Origin: Eledone cirrhosa
Lineage: Eukaryota
Reading direction: 5' to 3'
DNA length: 64,000 nucleotides
Assembly (NCBI GenBank): GCA_964016885.1
Contig: OZ024740.1
Span: 38,564,001-38,628,000, forward strand
Shown here: piece after piece, positions 29,096 through 38,703 of the stretch
Layout: each line of letters starts with the position of its first letter
How positions within the stretch are numbered: the first letter of the stretch is position 1
Notes under the pieces: generated by a model
Told to the model about the DNA's origin: nothing
What the model saw: only the letters and a program-made list of their open reading frames with translations
The model's database searches: none
Position numbers and translations under genes: made by a program

Positions 29096-29293
29096 GGAAC
29101 AAACACTCTGGAAGACTTCTACACAATTTCCATCTCTACCAAACTTCACTTACAAAACTCTGCTTGACTTTCTTTACATATCAGTTGTTTAATTGTAGTT
29201 ATTCACTATAAAACAAAGATTAGATTGTATTAAAGTAAATAACTTGCTGCAAGACTTACACTTCAATTCATGAAAACAATAAATGAACTTTAC

Positions 29294-29397
29294 CTGAAAC
29301 AGTTGCTATGGAAATGGGTATAACCAGCTAATAGTGAAATACTTCCTGTACCGAGAGCTAATGACAGAAAAAGTTGTTTAGTTGCATCAGACCACAC
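29294..29397 (-). CDS. SLC6 transporter exon, TM6 (VWSDATKQLFLSLALGTGSISLLAGYTHFHSNCFR)
   Basis: 104-bp exon with CAG acceptor and GTAAAA donor, phase 0 to 2. Matches the SLC6 consensus VWxDAATQIFFSLGxGxGxLIxxASYNxFxNNCYR. Confidence 0.95.
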
Positions 29398-29900
29398 CTG
29401 AAAATGACAGAATCATAATAGTTTAACTTTCATTAAATAAAGACACATAACAAATAAATCACTGATACATTTAAAAACATAAATTGCAAATTAATTTGTA
29501 TATTATTTCAATATGAAATTTACATTAAATTTTTCTGTCTGCACAGGTTACATCAATTTTTATAACCATTTTGGTTATCTTCTGAGCTCACAAATCATTC
29601 CTCACTCTCATCACATCTAGCAATATATTTCTGGTGTGTATGATCCCCTTTCATTATTGTTTAGCCTTTGTTCATAACTAATCCCTTAATTTTCTTACCT
29701 GCTAAGTCAAAGAAGAAGCTGGATGTTTAGTTAGCTGAGACCAACACAAAGTCAAATGGTAGATAGGAGAAATTAGGTTGCAGTAATTACTGCTTTATTT
29801 CAGAAGTTAAGAGTTTAGTGAAAATGGAAAAGGAATAACATGTCATTGATGATAAATACTAAAAATACTCACCTTTCATGTTTAAACTTATATATTGTGA

Positions 29901-30765
29901 TTGTTCACATTTTTAACTAGCCACACAAACTTGTTCACATTTTTAACTAGCCACACAAACTTGTTCACATTTTTAACTAGCCACACAAACTTGTTCACAT
30001 TTTTAACTAGCCAGACAAACTTGTTCACATTTTTAACTAGCCACACAAACTTGTTCACATTTTTAACTAGCCACACAAACTTGTTCACATTTTTAACTAG
30101 CCACACATACTTGTTCACATTTTTAACTAGCCACACAAACTTGTTCACATTTTTAACTAGCCAGACAAACTTGTTCACATTTTTAACTAGCCAGACAAAC
30201 TTGTTCACATTTTTAACTAGCCACACATACTTGTTCACATTTTTAACTAGCCACACAAACTTGTTCACATTTTTAACTAGCCACACATACTTGTTCACAT
30301 TTTTAACTAGCCACACAAACTTGTTCACATTTTTAACTAGCCACACATACTTGTTCACAATTTTAACTAGCCAGACAAACTTGTTCACATTTTTAACTAG
30401 CCACACAAACTTGTTCACATTTTTAACTAGCCACACATACTTGTTCACATTTTTAACTAGCCAGACAAACTTGTTCACATTTTTAACTAGCCACACAAAC
30501 TTGTTCACATTTTTAACTAGCCACACATACTTGTTCACATTTTTAACTAGCCACACATACTTGTTCACATTTTTAACTAGCCACACAAACTTGTTCACAT
30601 TTTTAACTAGCCACACAAACTTGTTCACATTTTTAACTAGCCACACAAACTTGTTCACATTTTTAACTAGCCAGACAAACTTGTTCACATTTTTAACTAG
30701 CCACACAAACTTGTTCACATTTTTAACTAGCCAGACAAACTTGTTCACATTTTTAACTAGCCACA
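29901..30765. repeat. 30-bp minisatellite, ~29 copies (TTGTTCACATTTTTAACTAGCCACACAAAC)
   Basis: Near-perfect tandem with three variants: CCACACAAAC, CCAGACAAAC and CCACACATAC. Confidence 0.99.
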
Positions 30766-30906
30766 AAAAAGCAGTGTTGCTATTGATTAATTAAACTGAT
30801 TTAATAAAGGCTAAGTAATGAATCTTGAGAATTTGAAGAATTTAGTAAAGATGCCAAGAATATAGTTTATGTGATGTTATTTTTTAGTATGATGTGTCCC
30901 ACATGT

Positions 30907-31137
30907 TGTTGTTGTGACAGCTCACACCTATGCAGGTTTAGCTGGCCTCCTCCAAGGTATATCTCGGAGGTGTCTTGGGTGATTTAATGATAGGGACCTC
31001 GGTCCTATCATCTCATTTCTACAGCTGAGTAAACTGGAGCAACGTGAAATAAAGTGTCTTGCTCAAGGAAACAACAAATCACCCGGTCCGAGAATTGAAC
31101 TCACAACCTTCCGATTGCAAGCCCAATGCACCTTCAC
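30907..31137 (-). mobile_element. tRNA-derived SINE (family A head) with (ACA)n tail and 15-bp TSD
   Basis: B-box GAGTTCAATTC and core TTGAGCAAGACACTTTATTTCAC on the minus strand. Flanked by ATGTG[T/A]CCCACATGT at 30892-30906 and 31138-31152. Confidence 0.85.
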
Positions 31138-31495
31138 ATGTGACCCACATGTGACAGTACAACTCAGCATTGCTACCCAGTGATATGGGCCCAGACAGTG
31201 TGGGAGTGTTCTCTCGTGTGTGTGTGAGCCCATGTGTAGGGCTGACTGGTGGACAGAATGGAGAAAATGTTGTTCCAGAGAATGGCGAGAAAGACATGCT
31301 GGAATAGCAATTCCAACTGGCAGGGCTTGCTCCTGTGGGTAACCACAACAAAGACTTCATGAAAATTATATACATTTGGGAATATTTATTCCCAAATTTA
31401 TATAATTTTCATGAAGTCTTTTTTATGATTATAAATGAAATAAATAGTTCTGATTTTAATTTTGTAAATAGTTGATGCTTAAAATGTCTACATAC

Positions 31496-31630
31496 CTGAA
31501 GTTTCTGTAATGCATCCCAACCAGGTGTAAGAAAAAATTTGACACTTGGCAAAGCCCCATCTAACATGCAAACACATATTAGAAGAGGCAGGACTAAAAT
31601 ATATGGAAGTATGGCAGTCAAATACATCAT
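31496..31630 (-). CDS. SLC6 transporter exon, TM5-EL3 (MMYLTAILPYILVLPLLICVCMLDGALPSVKFFLTPGWDALQKLQ)
   Basis: 135-bp phase 0-0 exon with a polypyrimidine tract, TAG acceptor and GTATGT donor. Matches VVYFTAxFPYxVLxxLLxRGxTLxGAxxGIxFYLxPxWxxL. Confidence 0.95.
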
Positions 31631-31726
31631 CTAGAATGGAATAGAAAAAAAGAAGTAGTTATGAAGTGTTAATACAACTAGGCTTCATTTACAAGAACTT
31701 TAGGATCTATAAAATATATATATATA

Positions 31727-32059
31727 TGGAGGCACATGGCTTAGTGGTTAGAGCATTGGCCTTGCAATCGAAAGGTTGTGAGTTCAATTCTCAGACTGGG
31801 TGATGTGTTGTTTCCTTGAGCAAGACACTTTATTTCATATTGTTCCAGTTTATTCAGCTGTAGAAATGAGATGATAGGGACTGGGGTCCCTATCATTCCA
31901 CTGCAAAATGGACGAGTAGATGCCACGGAAAAAAGCCCCCAGCACTCAATGTAAATGAGGTTGGTGTTAGGAAGGGCATCCAGCTGTAGAAATCAAGCCA
32001 GAATCAGTTCCCGTCCCACCCTTGCAAGCAGGGGAAAGCGGACGTAAAATGATGATGAT
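31727..32059 (+). mobile_element. tRNA-derived SINE (family A head) joined to an (ATG)n-tailed 3' module
   Basis: A-box TGGCTTAGTGG, B-box GAGTTCAATTC, an 11-bp hairpin ATGATAGGGAC/GTCCCTATCAT, then GTTAGGAAGGGCATCCAGCTGTAGAAA ... GGACGTAAAATGATGATGAT. Confidence 0.88.
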
Positions 32060-32369
32060 ACCTGTATATTAATTCTTAACAACCTGTACCACTTGACACC
32101 ACATTAACAAGATACAGTATCACTAGATATTGAAGTCTTTACTTTAGTTTACTACAACATTTGACAACAATCTGTTCACTGGTAAATATACTACAAACAT
32201 TTGAATTAATAAACCTATTATTAAATATTTTCTACTAAATCATTACAGAATGTTATGGTGTTTATTCTTTCAATTTCAAAGTCAATGTTTAGCCCATTAA
32301 GATTTGAATTTAGAACTAAGGAGGATGTAATAGATTAGAACAATATTCTACAGTTTCTGCCAACTTGTA

Positions 32370-32997
32370 GTTGTTCAACCTGCAAGTGATAGCAGCCAGA
32401 TCTCCCTCAAGTCACACCCTTAAAAGAGGAAGGATGCATTAGATTTAATAGTCTCTGATTTTCTGAGTCTAAAAAATAATGAAATAATCATGGCTGGCAG
32501 ATTTTGATCATTGGTCAACTCAGAGTTGACCTGAGCCTAAACTGACATGTTTTTTAACATTGGTCAACTTAGTTAGAGATGACCTGAGTCTAAACCGGCA
32601 TGTCTTTTGTCATTGTTCAGCTCAGGGCTGACCTGAGCCTTGACTGGCATGTTTGTGGACATTGATCAGCTTAGTTAGAGCTTACCTGAACCTAAACTGA
32701 CATGATTTTTGTCATTGGTGAGCTTAGAGCTGACTTGAGCCTAAACTGGCATATTTTTTGTCTTTGGTCAACTTAGAATGGGCTTGGGTCTAAACTGGCA
32801 TGATTTTGGTCTTTGGTCAGCTTAAAGCTGACGTGTGTCTTGACTGGAATGTTTTTGATCATTGGTGAGCTTAGGTGGAGCTGATTTGAGCCTTGACTGT
32901 CATATTTTTGGTCATTGATCAGCTTAGTTAAAGCTGACCTGAGCCTAAACTAGTCATTGATCAACTCAGAGATGCCCTGGACCTATACAATAACAAT
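32370..32997 (+). repeat. Interspersed-repeat 3' segment continuing into a ~45-50-bp degenerate tandem array (~10 units)
   Basis: 32375-32510 resembles 34765-34910. The unit (T)CATTGGTCAGCTTAGAGCTGACCTGAGCCTAAACTGGCATG then repeats to ~32990. Confidence 0.75.
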
Positions 32998-33300
32998 TTG
33001 TTGCTATACGTTCAATCTTTAGCTATCTTCACTACTCTTTCATTCTCATCAACGTTTTACATCTGCTTTTCCATGTTCCATCTCCTCTGCAATCTGCATC
33101 ATTTTAAAATCAGCTCTAACCACCTCTGCCCAGATTTTTCTTGGTCTTCCTATACTACAGCCATTGGCATCTCCTGGAACTTCTTCACTAGATCTATATA
33201 TTCATGCTTCACTCCTTAGTAGATATTCTCACATTTCTACATCTCCTCTTAATATCTTGACACAATAGTCATAACACCCTGTCACAGTACTCCCACCCTG

Positions 33301-33555
33301 ATGCTATTGGAGGTCAACCCCCACAACTACCACAATGTTTTTGGAGGTCAATCCCCTCAACTACCACAATGCTATTGGAGGTCAACCCCTACAACTACCA
33401 CAATGCTATTGGAGGTCAACCCCCACAACTACCACAATGCTATTGGAGGTCAACCCCCACAACTACCACAATGCTATTGGAGGTCAATCCCCACCCCCAC
33501 CACACTATTGGAGGTCAACGCCCACAACCACTGCTCTATTGGAAGTCAACCCTTC
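33301..33555. repeat. 34-bp minisatellite, ~7 copies (ATGCTATTGGAGGTCAACCCCCACAACTACCACA)
   Basis: Direct periodicity. The three supplied ORFs here start 34 nt apart. Confidence 0.95.
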
Positions 33556-33841
33556 AGTCTTGTCAAGGATATGATAGCCTCCCCTGTGCACTCGGTAGAA
33601 CTTAAGACCATACGTAAGTTAAATGCAGATCCCCACCCCCCTCCAACCTATTGGAGAAGTAGCCCTGCTTCAGTATTGACTTGGTTTATATAGACCCATC
33701 CAACCCTTGCTAGCAGGGAAACTAAACATTAAATGATGATGATGATGATCGTGATATTAATAGTTATTTCATTACGGTCTCAAGTACGGTACAGATACAA
33801 GCCGAAGCTGAAGCATATAGACAATATGCCCCCACCCTCTC

Positions 33842-34068
33842 CCACTGTAAAGTGGATGTGTAGGTGCCACGGAAAAAAAGCACCCAGCACTCACTGTAAA
33901 TGAGGTTGGTGTTAGGAAGGGCATCCAGCTGTAGAAATCAAGCCAGAATCAGTTCCCGTTTGAGCAAGACAAAGTCAGCCGACCGGACACTGCCCACAAC
34001 AGGACAACCCGTCTAACCCATGCTAGCATGGAAGAACGGACGTAAAACGGTGACGATGATGAGGATGA
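33842..34068 (+). mobile_element. SINE 3' module without a tRNA head, (ATG)n tail
   Basis: High similarity to 31898-32059. Ends CCCATGCTAGCATGGAAGAACGGACGTAAAACGGTGACGATGATG. Confidence 0.85.
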
Positions 34069-34130
34069 TTTCATTGGCAACATTACATAAAGTGAAAATA
34101 TTAATTTGTAATATCTTCCAGTGTGCTTAC

Positions 34131-34254
34131 CTTAGCCATTGAGTGTATTCCTCTAATAAGAATTATAAATACAAGTAACCAAGTAGCAAGAAGACAAAGA
34201 ACAAGTTGCCAGTTTCCGGACAAAGATTTTTCAGACTGGAGAAGTAGTGTCTGC
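34131..34254 (-). CDS. SLC6 transporter exon, end of EL2 and TM4 (QTLLLQSEKSLSGNWQLVLCLLATWLLVFIILIRGIHSMAK)
   Basis: 124-bp exon with TTTGTTTTAG acceptor and AAG|GTAAGC donor, phase 2 to 0. Matches WxLxLCLLxAWxxxFxxxxKGxxSSGK. Confidence 0.95.
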
Positions 34255-34399
34255 CTAAAACAAAAAACATTCAATTATATATTCTTTTTAAAAATCAATA
34301 AATATATCTGATTACTTTATTTTAATCAATACGTTTCATTTTTTCATATTCTTAAAACTCTTCTGATCATCTTAACTCTCTCTAATGATTTCTAATTTA

Positions 34400-34600
34400 G
34401 GCACAAGGCCAGCAATTTGACGGGTGGAGGAAAGTCTATTAAATCCATCCCTTTACTTGTTTTGGTACTTTATTTCATCGACCACAGAAGGATGAAAGGC
34501 AAAGTTGATCTTGGCAGGATTTGAACTCAGAATGTAAAAAGCTGGTATAAATAAACTGTGTCATTTTGTTCAATGCTCTACCGATTCTGCCAATCCATCC
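34400..34600 (-). mobile_element. tRNA-derived SINE, family B
   Basis: Minus-strand A-box-like TGGCAGAATCGG and B-box GAGTTCAAATCC. Core GATGAAAGGCAAAGTTGA shared with the copies at 37865 and 39270. Confidence 0.85.
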
Positions 34601-35002
34601 CATTCAATTTTTTCTATATATAATATAAATGCAATAAGTATGCATAATACATAATATCAATGTGATAAGCATAAATAATAGTTTCAATAACCAAACTGCT
34701 ATCTGTCTTTCCAGTTCCATTTACCCTAACTCTGTGGGTTCAAAGGAATTCCTTTGAGATCACACAGCTTGCTAGAAATAGCAGTAGAATCTCGTTCAAA
34801 TTTCATTTGTTTAAAAAGAGAGGGACACGTTGGATAGTGTTGTCCTAGATGTGCAATGCCTGAAAGAAGTCCAAGATGCTCATGGCTGGAATGACTTTGA
34901 TAATAGGTCTTTTCAGTTCTGAAAGCAACAACTTAGTATAAGTTTCCTTCTTAGATCACTGCATTGGCGCTTTAACTTGAAATATAACCCATAAATAACC
35001 TC

Positions 35003-35090
35003 TGCTACCACTGTCATATCTGACCACTCCCTCTACTACCACTGTCATATCTGACCACTATACTACCACTGTCACATCTGACCACTATCT
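35003..35090. repeat. Short ~27-30-bp tandem repeat x3
   Basis: CTACCACTGTCATATCTGACCACT occurs three times. Confidence 0.85.
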
Positions 35091-35102
35091 TATCACTATT
35101 AA

Positions 35103-35320
35103 CCCTTTAACATTTACATTACTCTATATTTACTATTGTATTTTCACCATAAACGTTTTATTTCACATAATTATCTCACATAATATCAAATCTATGAGAT
35201 CTTGATAGTTATTTTGAGAACAATACCTTAACATAAATATGAGTAGCTGGTTACAGCCAGTTTGAACAGAAAGAGGTGAGAGGATTCTGGCTGGATATGG
35301 CCGGTTTAAATGCTAAAGGG
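35103..35320 (+). mobile_element. piggyBac-like MITE with TTAA TSD
   Basis: TTAA|CCCTTTAACATTTA ... TAAATGCTAAAGGG|TTAA. Homologous to 36592-36810 and 28757-28984. Confidence 0.92.
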
Positions 35321-35488
35321 TTAATCCTTTTGTTAATGTATTTCTAATGCAAGACCCTGCCTATGGATTTCAAATTCCAATAGTAAAAAAATGATTTAGT
35401 AATATAACTAACTTTCTTGTTAAGCTGGTGTTTGAAAAATAACAAATGTTATTATACAAAATTATGATGGACGGTTCTTAGATAAATA

Positions 35489-36170
35489 CTAGCTGAGGTA
35501 CACGGCTTCGCCCAAGAGAACAGTTATGAGAAAACGACTGTATTGGATGTGTTGTATAGTAAGAGGTGAGACCGTAATGTGTGTGTGTGTGAGTGTGGGT
35601 GAGAGAGACATAAAAAAAACAATAATAAAACTTCCTTATTAGGCTGGGGGAGTAAACTGCCGATTAAATGGTAGCATTGGCCTTGGATTTTAGATATGAA
35701 ATAACCACAGTCAGTATGATGTTTTTCAGCTCCAAAGGACGTCATCTGAAACACAGCAATATTCTACATAACATTGCTTCTGAAGTGTTGCTTTGTTAGT
35801 ACGGACTGTAAGTAGTATATGGATAAAAGCTGGAGGGTAGATTAATTTCAAATAGTATCAACTTTTCTTTGTTCTTTAAAATCAAAGACTGTAAAACGAC
35901 TTTATAAAAGCTAACACAATATTGTTAATCCTTCCTATAGATCAAAGGATCATTTCTAGACTTTCGTGGGACGTTTCTCTCTCTCTCTCTCTGAATATCT
36001 AACACTTTAATTGTATCTCTCTCTGTATAACGGCCTATCTCTCTCTTTCTGCCTCTCCCTCTCTCTCTCTCTTTAGATGTGAGTGTGTCTGTGTGAGTAG
36101 TTTTCATGTGATTCAACCAACCAGCCAACCAGTCAACCAATAAACATCTTTCTTTTATATTATATATAGA
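35489..36170 (-). mobile_element. Non-autonomous Helitron with a RepHel coding remnant
   Basis: Minus strand reads A|TCTATATATAAT ... GGGCGAAGCCGTGTACCTCAGCTAG|T, giving a 5' TC, a 3' CTAG, an A|T target and a GC-rich subterminal motif. The internal peptide FQMTSFGA...KIQGQCYHLIGSLLP matches the Helitron RepHel N-terminal motif FQMTSFG...FKIQGQVYHxIGSLLP. Contains (CT)n and (GT)n microsatellites. Confidence 0.9.
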
Positions 36171-36230
36171 TAAACACTTTATTATTGTATTGTAGAACCA
36201 GGGTGGTTTCAGATAGTTTCATATCTAAAG

Positions 36231-36425
36231 CAGACCTGCCAACCTCTAAAAACCCAAACAGGGAGTACCATGAAAAGAAGTGCCCCAAAACAGGGAGAAA
36301 TGAGGCAAAATGGGGAGATTTTACATAATGAAAGCTATACAAATTTTCACAAGAGAAGACATCTCTCACCCACCCCAAAGTGGGCGGGAGATCTCCCCGT
36401 CTGATAGGGAGAGTTGACAGGTCTG
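36231..36425. mobile_element. 195-bp TIR element (MITE) with 7-bp TSD TCTAAAG
   Basis: TIRs CAGACCTGCCAAC / GTTGACAGGTCTG (12 of 13 match). TCTAAAG at 36224-36230 and 36426-36432. Confidence 0.85.
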
Positions 36426-36591
36426 TCTAAAGGGTTTAGTTAGTAAAATAAAAGCTTGCCGATCTTATTTATTAATTTTACATTTATTTACTGGCCTTCA
36501 TTGAAATATTGCAGTCAAAATAATTCTTCTTCAAATAATTCTTCAGTCAATTATTATGTGTTGACAATAATTAGTTTCAAAAAGTCATTAA

Positions 36592-36810
36592 CCATTTAGC
36601 ATTCACATTACTCTATATATACTATTGTATTTTCATGGTAAAGGCTTTACCTCACATAATATCTCATATAATATCGAATCTATGAGATTTTGAAAGTATT
36701 TATTTTGAGAACAATACCTTAACATCAGTTTGAGTGACCAGTTACAGCCAGTTTCAACAGAAAGAGGTAGAGAATTCTGGCCGGTTTTGGCTGGTTTGAA
36801 CATTAAAGGG
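36592..36810 (+). mobile_element. piggyBac-like MITE with TTAA TSD
   Basis: TTAA|CCATTTAGCATTCA ... AACATTAAAGGG|TTAA. Colinear with 35103-35320. Confidence 0.9.
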
Positions 36811-36938
36811 TTAAACTTTTTGTTTTAACTTTACAACAACCATTTCATTCAAATTATTTTATAAGGAACTTTCAATAACTTTTTTATGATGAAATAAATA
36901 GAGGTCAGTGAAAAATTGAAATCAACGAAAACACTTAC

Positions 36939-37098
36939 TGAAAATAGACACCGCTAGGTAAGTTATAAAGAGCAGTTGCCAGACTTGTGTTTGTTATATT
37001 CATATGGAGAGACAAACCAGCAGGAACTTGGTTCATTCCTTGATGATGGTGATATGTATGTGACATAATGAAGGAAGATTCACAAAGTGGGTGATTGC
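36939..37098 (-). CDS. SLC6 transporter exon, extracellular loop 2 (SNHPLCESSFIMSHTYHHHQGMNQVPAGLSLHMNITNTSLATALYNLPSGVYFQ)
   Basis: 160-bp open exon with TTTTCTTACAG acceptor and GTAAGT donor. Phase 1 to 2 fits both neighbours exactly. It supplies the second EL2 Cys, the N-glycosylation sequons NIT and NTS, and LPSGVYF, equivalent to SPxEEYF. Confidence 0.9.
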
Positions 37099-37137
37099 CT
37101 GTAAGAAAATAATTTTTTTTTTAATCACTATATAGAA

Positions 37138-37297
37138 CAGGGTTTCCCACCCTTTTTAATTCAGAAACTTTTGTGGGGACACCAAAGTCTAATATATGGT
37201 CTTAATATAAATATACTCCTCTGCCTTTTTTCACAGAACCCCAGACACACCTTTGCAGAACCCTTGGGTTCTATGGAACCCACATTGAGAACCACTG
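37138..37297. mobile_element. hAT/Charlie-like MITE, copy 2
   Basis: CAGGGTTTCCCA ... TGAGAACCACTG. The 8-bp flanks ATATAGAA / TTATAGAG match at 6 of 8 and resemble NTCTAGAN. Confidence 0.78.
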
Positions 37298-37864
37298 TTA
37301 TAGAGCAAACATGTCATATATATTTACTGGATAAAAAGAAATCTTTGAAAATTGTTATATAGAATAAACATATGAAATGTAGCTTTAGAAAAGATTGTCA
37401 ACTTATATTATATAATTAAATAGAAAGGAAAAAACAATATTGTTAAAATGTAAAAATAAATTTAATTATAAAATTATATTGTCACATTTAATACAATTAA
37501 ATCTTTTTAGCTAAAATGAAAATATAGTTGAAATTATCTTAATGTAGCAAAACAAATGAGAGTTATGATTCAATATTCAGAAATTAGACAATTGAAACAG
37601 CAAATTTAAATAGTTTTCTGTCAATAAACATTGTATATATGTGGCTGATCTCTCAGACTTTTACAGAGATGGGGGAATAAAGTTAATATAAAGAATGGTG
37701 TGTTCATAAGTAGAGATGATATAAAATAGCTTATAAAATAGGGTGAAGGCCCTTAAAGATAGAAAGAGAAGTTGCCATCGACTACTGTGAGGAAGAGCCC
37801 TATATCTCACCCATTATATTGAAATGGTATTTTATGGAATATTATTATTCCATAGAGGAAGTAG

Positions 37865-38189
37865 GTATAGTATGGTATGGACCCGTAACTCTAGAGTGAG
37901 TCGTAGGGGTGCCATATTGACATACAGTGTTTGTAGGGCACTTTTTTAAACCTGGCAGAGCCCATCTCCTAGTAGATTTCTTGCAGAGACGGATGGAGAG
38001 AGTGAGAGAAAGGAAGTGAGAAAGAGGAAGAATCAAACCCAGTACATGACTGGTACTTTTTTTATCGACTATGAATGGATGAAAGGTAAAGTTGACCTCG
38101 GTGGGATTCGAACTCAGAGAGCAGAGAGTCGAAATGAATACTACAAAGCATTCATCCGACATTCTAACGACTCTGCTAATTCACTGCCT
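37865..38189 (-). mobile_element. Full-length tRNA-derived SINE, family B, with 13-bp TSD and (CCATA)n-like tail
   Basis: TSD ATAGAGGAAGTAG at 37852-37864 and 38190-38202. B-box GAGTTCGAATCC. The tail reads CCATACCATACTATAC on the element strand. Confidence 0.88.
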
Positions 38190-38307
38190 ATAGAGGAAGT
38201 AGTACCATTAGTAATACAGTTAAGAAATCTTATACTTTAGTTCTTGGTCTATAGAGGAAGTAGTACCATTAGTAATACAGTTAAGAAATCTTATACTTTA
38301 GTTCTTG
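38188..38307. repeat. 61-bp-period perfect direct duplication
   Basis: Two copies of CTATAGAGGAAGTAGTACCATTAGTAATACAGTTAAGAAATCTTATACTTTAGTTCTTG. Confidence 0.95.
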
Positions 38308-38487
38308 AAATATTGGTTATAAATACTGTGGACATAACTTTTGGTTGAAATTACTACATTGTGAATAAGTTTAAATTTATAGAACAGTTAAATTCAAGGA
38401 TGGAAATTTATATCAACTGGTCAGAAATCTTTTAATTCCAGAAATATAGGATCCAACCCTTTCTTGCAGGCAAAAAAGACATTAAAC

Positions 38488-38700
38488 AATGACAATGACG
38501 ATGGTGATGATGATGGTGATGTGGCGGCAATGGTTGTAATGGTGATGATACTGATGATGGTAATGATGATGATGATGATGATGATGATAATGGTGATGAT
38601 GATCGTGGGGATAATGATAAAAGTGATGATGGTCATTATGATGGTGATGATGATCATGATATAATGATTATGATGATGATGGTGGTGATGATAATGGTAG
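38488..38700. repeat. Degenerate (ATG/GTG)n microsatellite
   Basis: Trinucleotide low-complexity tract. Confidence 0.95.
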
Positions 38701-38703
38701 TAA

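Larger units (their letters stand above)
35325..36434. mobile_element. Second TTAA-type MITE acting as host for two nested insertions
   Basis: Starts TTAA|TCCTTTTG. Removing the Helitron and the 7-bp-TSD element restores a ~225-bp element ending TATCTAAAGGG|TTTA. Confidence 0.6.

Noticed and set aside
29888-30794. ORFs on both strands of the 30-bp repeat (292 and 297 aa)
   Set aside because: They result from a stop-free unit whose length is divisible by 3. There is no protein-like complexity and the region is intronic.
31735-31800. tRNA gene
   Set aside because: The A and B boxes belong to a SINE head that continues into core and tail sequence. No complete cloverleaf is evident.
33301-33693. 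Three overlapping plus-strand ORFs
   Set aside because: They are frame-shifted translations of the 34-bp minisatellite.
37050-37068. EL2 HTYHH resembling the satellite's YTYHH translation (exonised satellite)
   Set aside because: The nucleotide match is short and low-complexity, so chance is sufficient.
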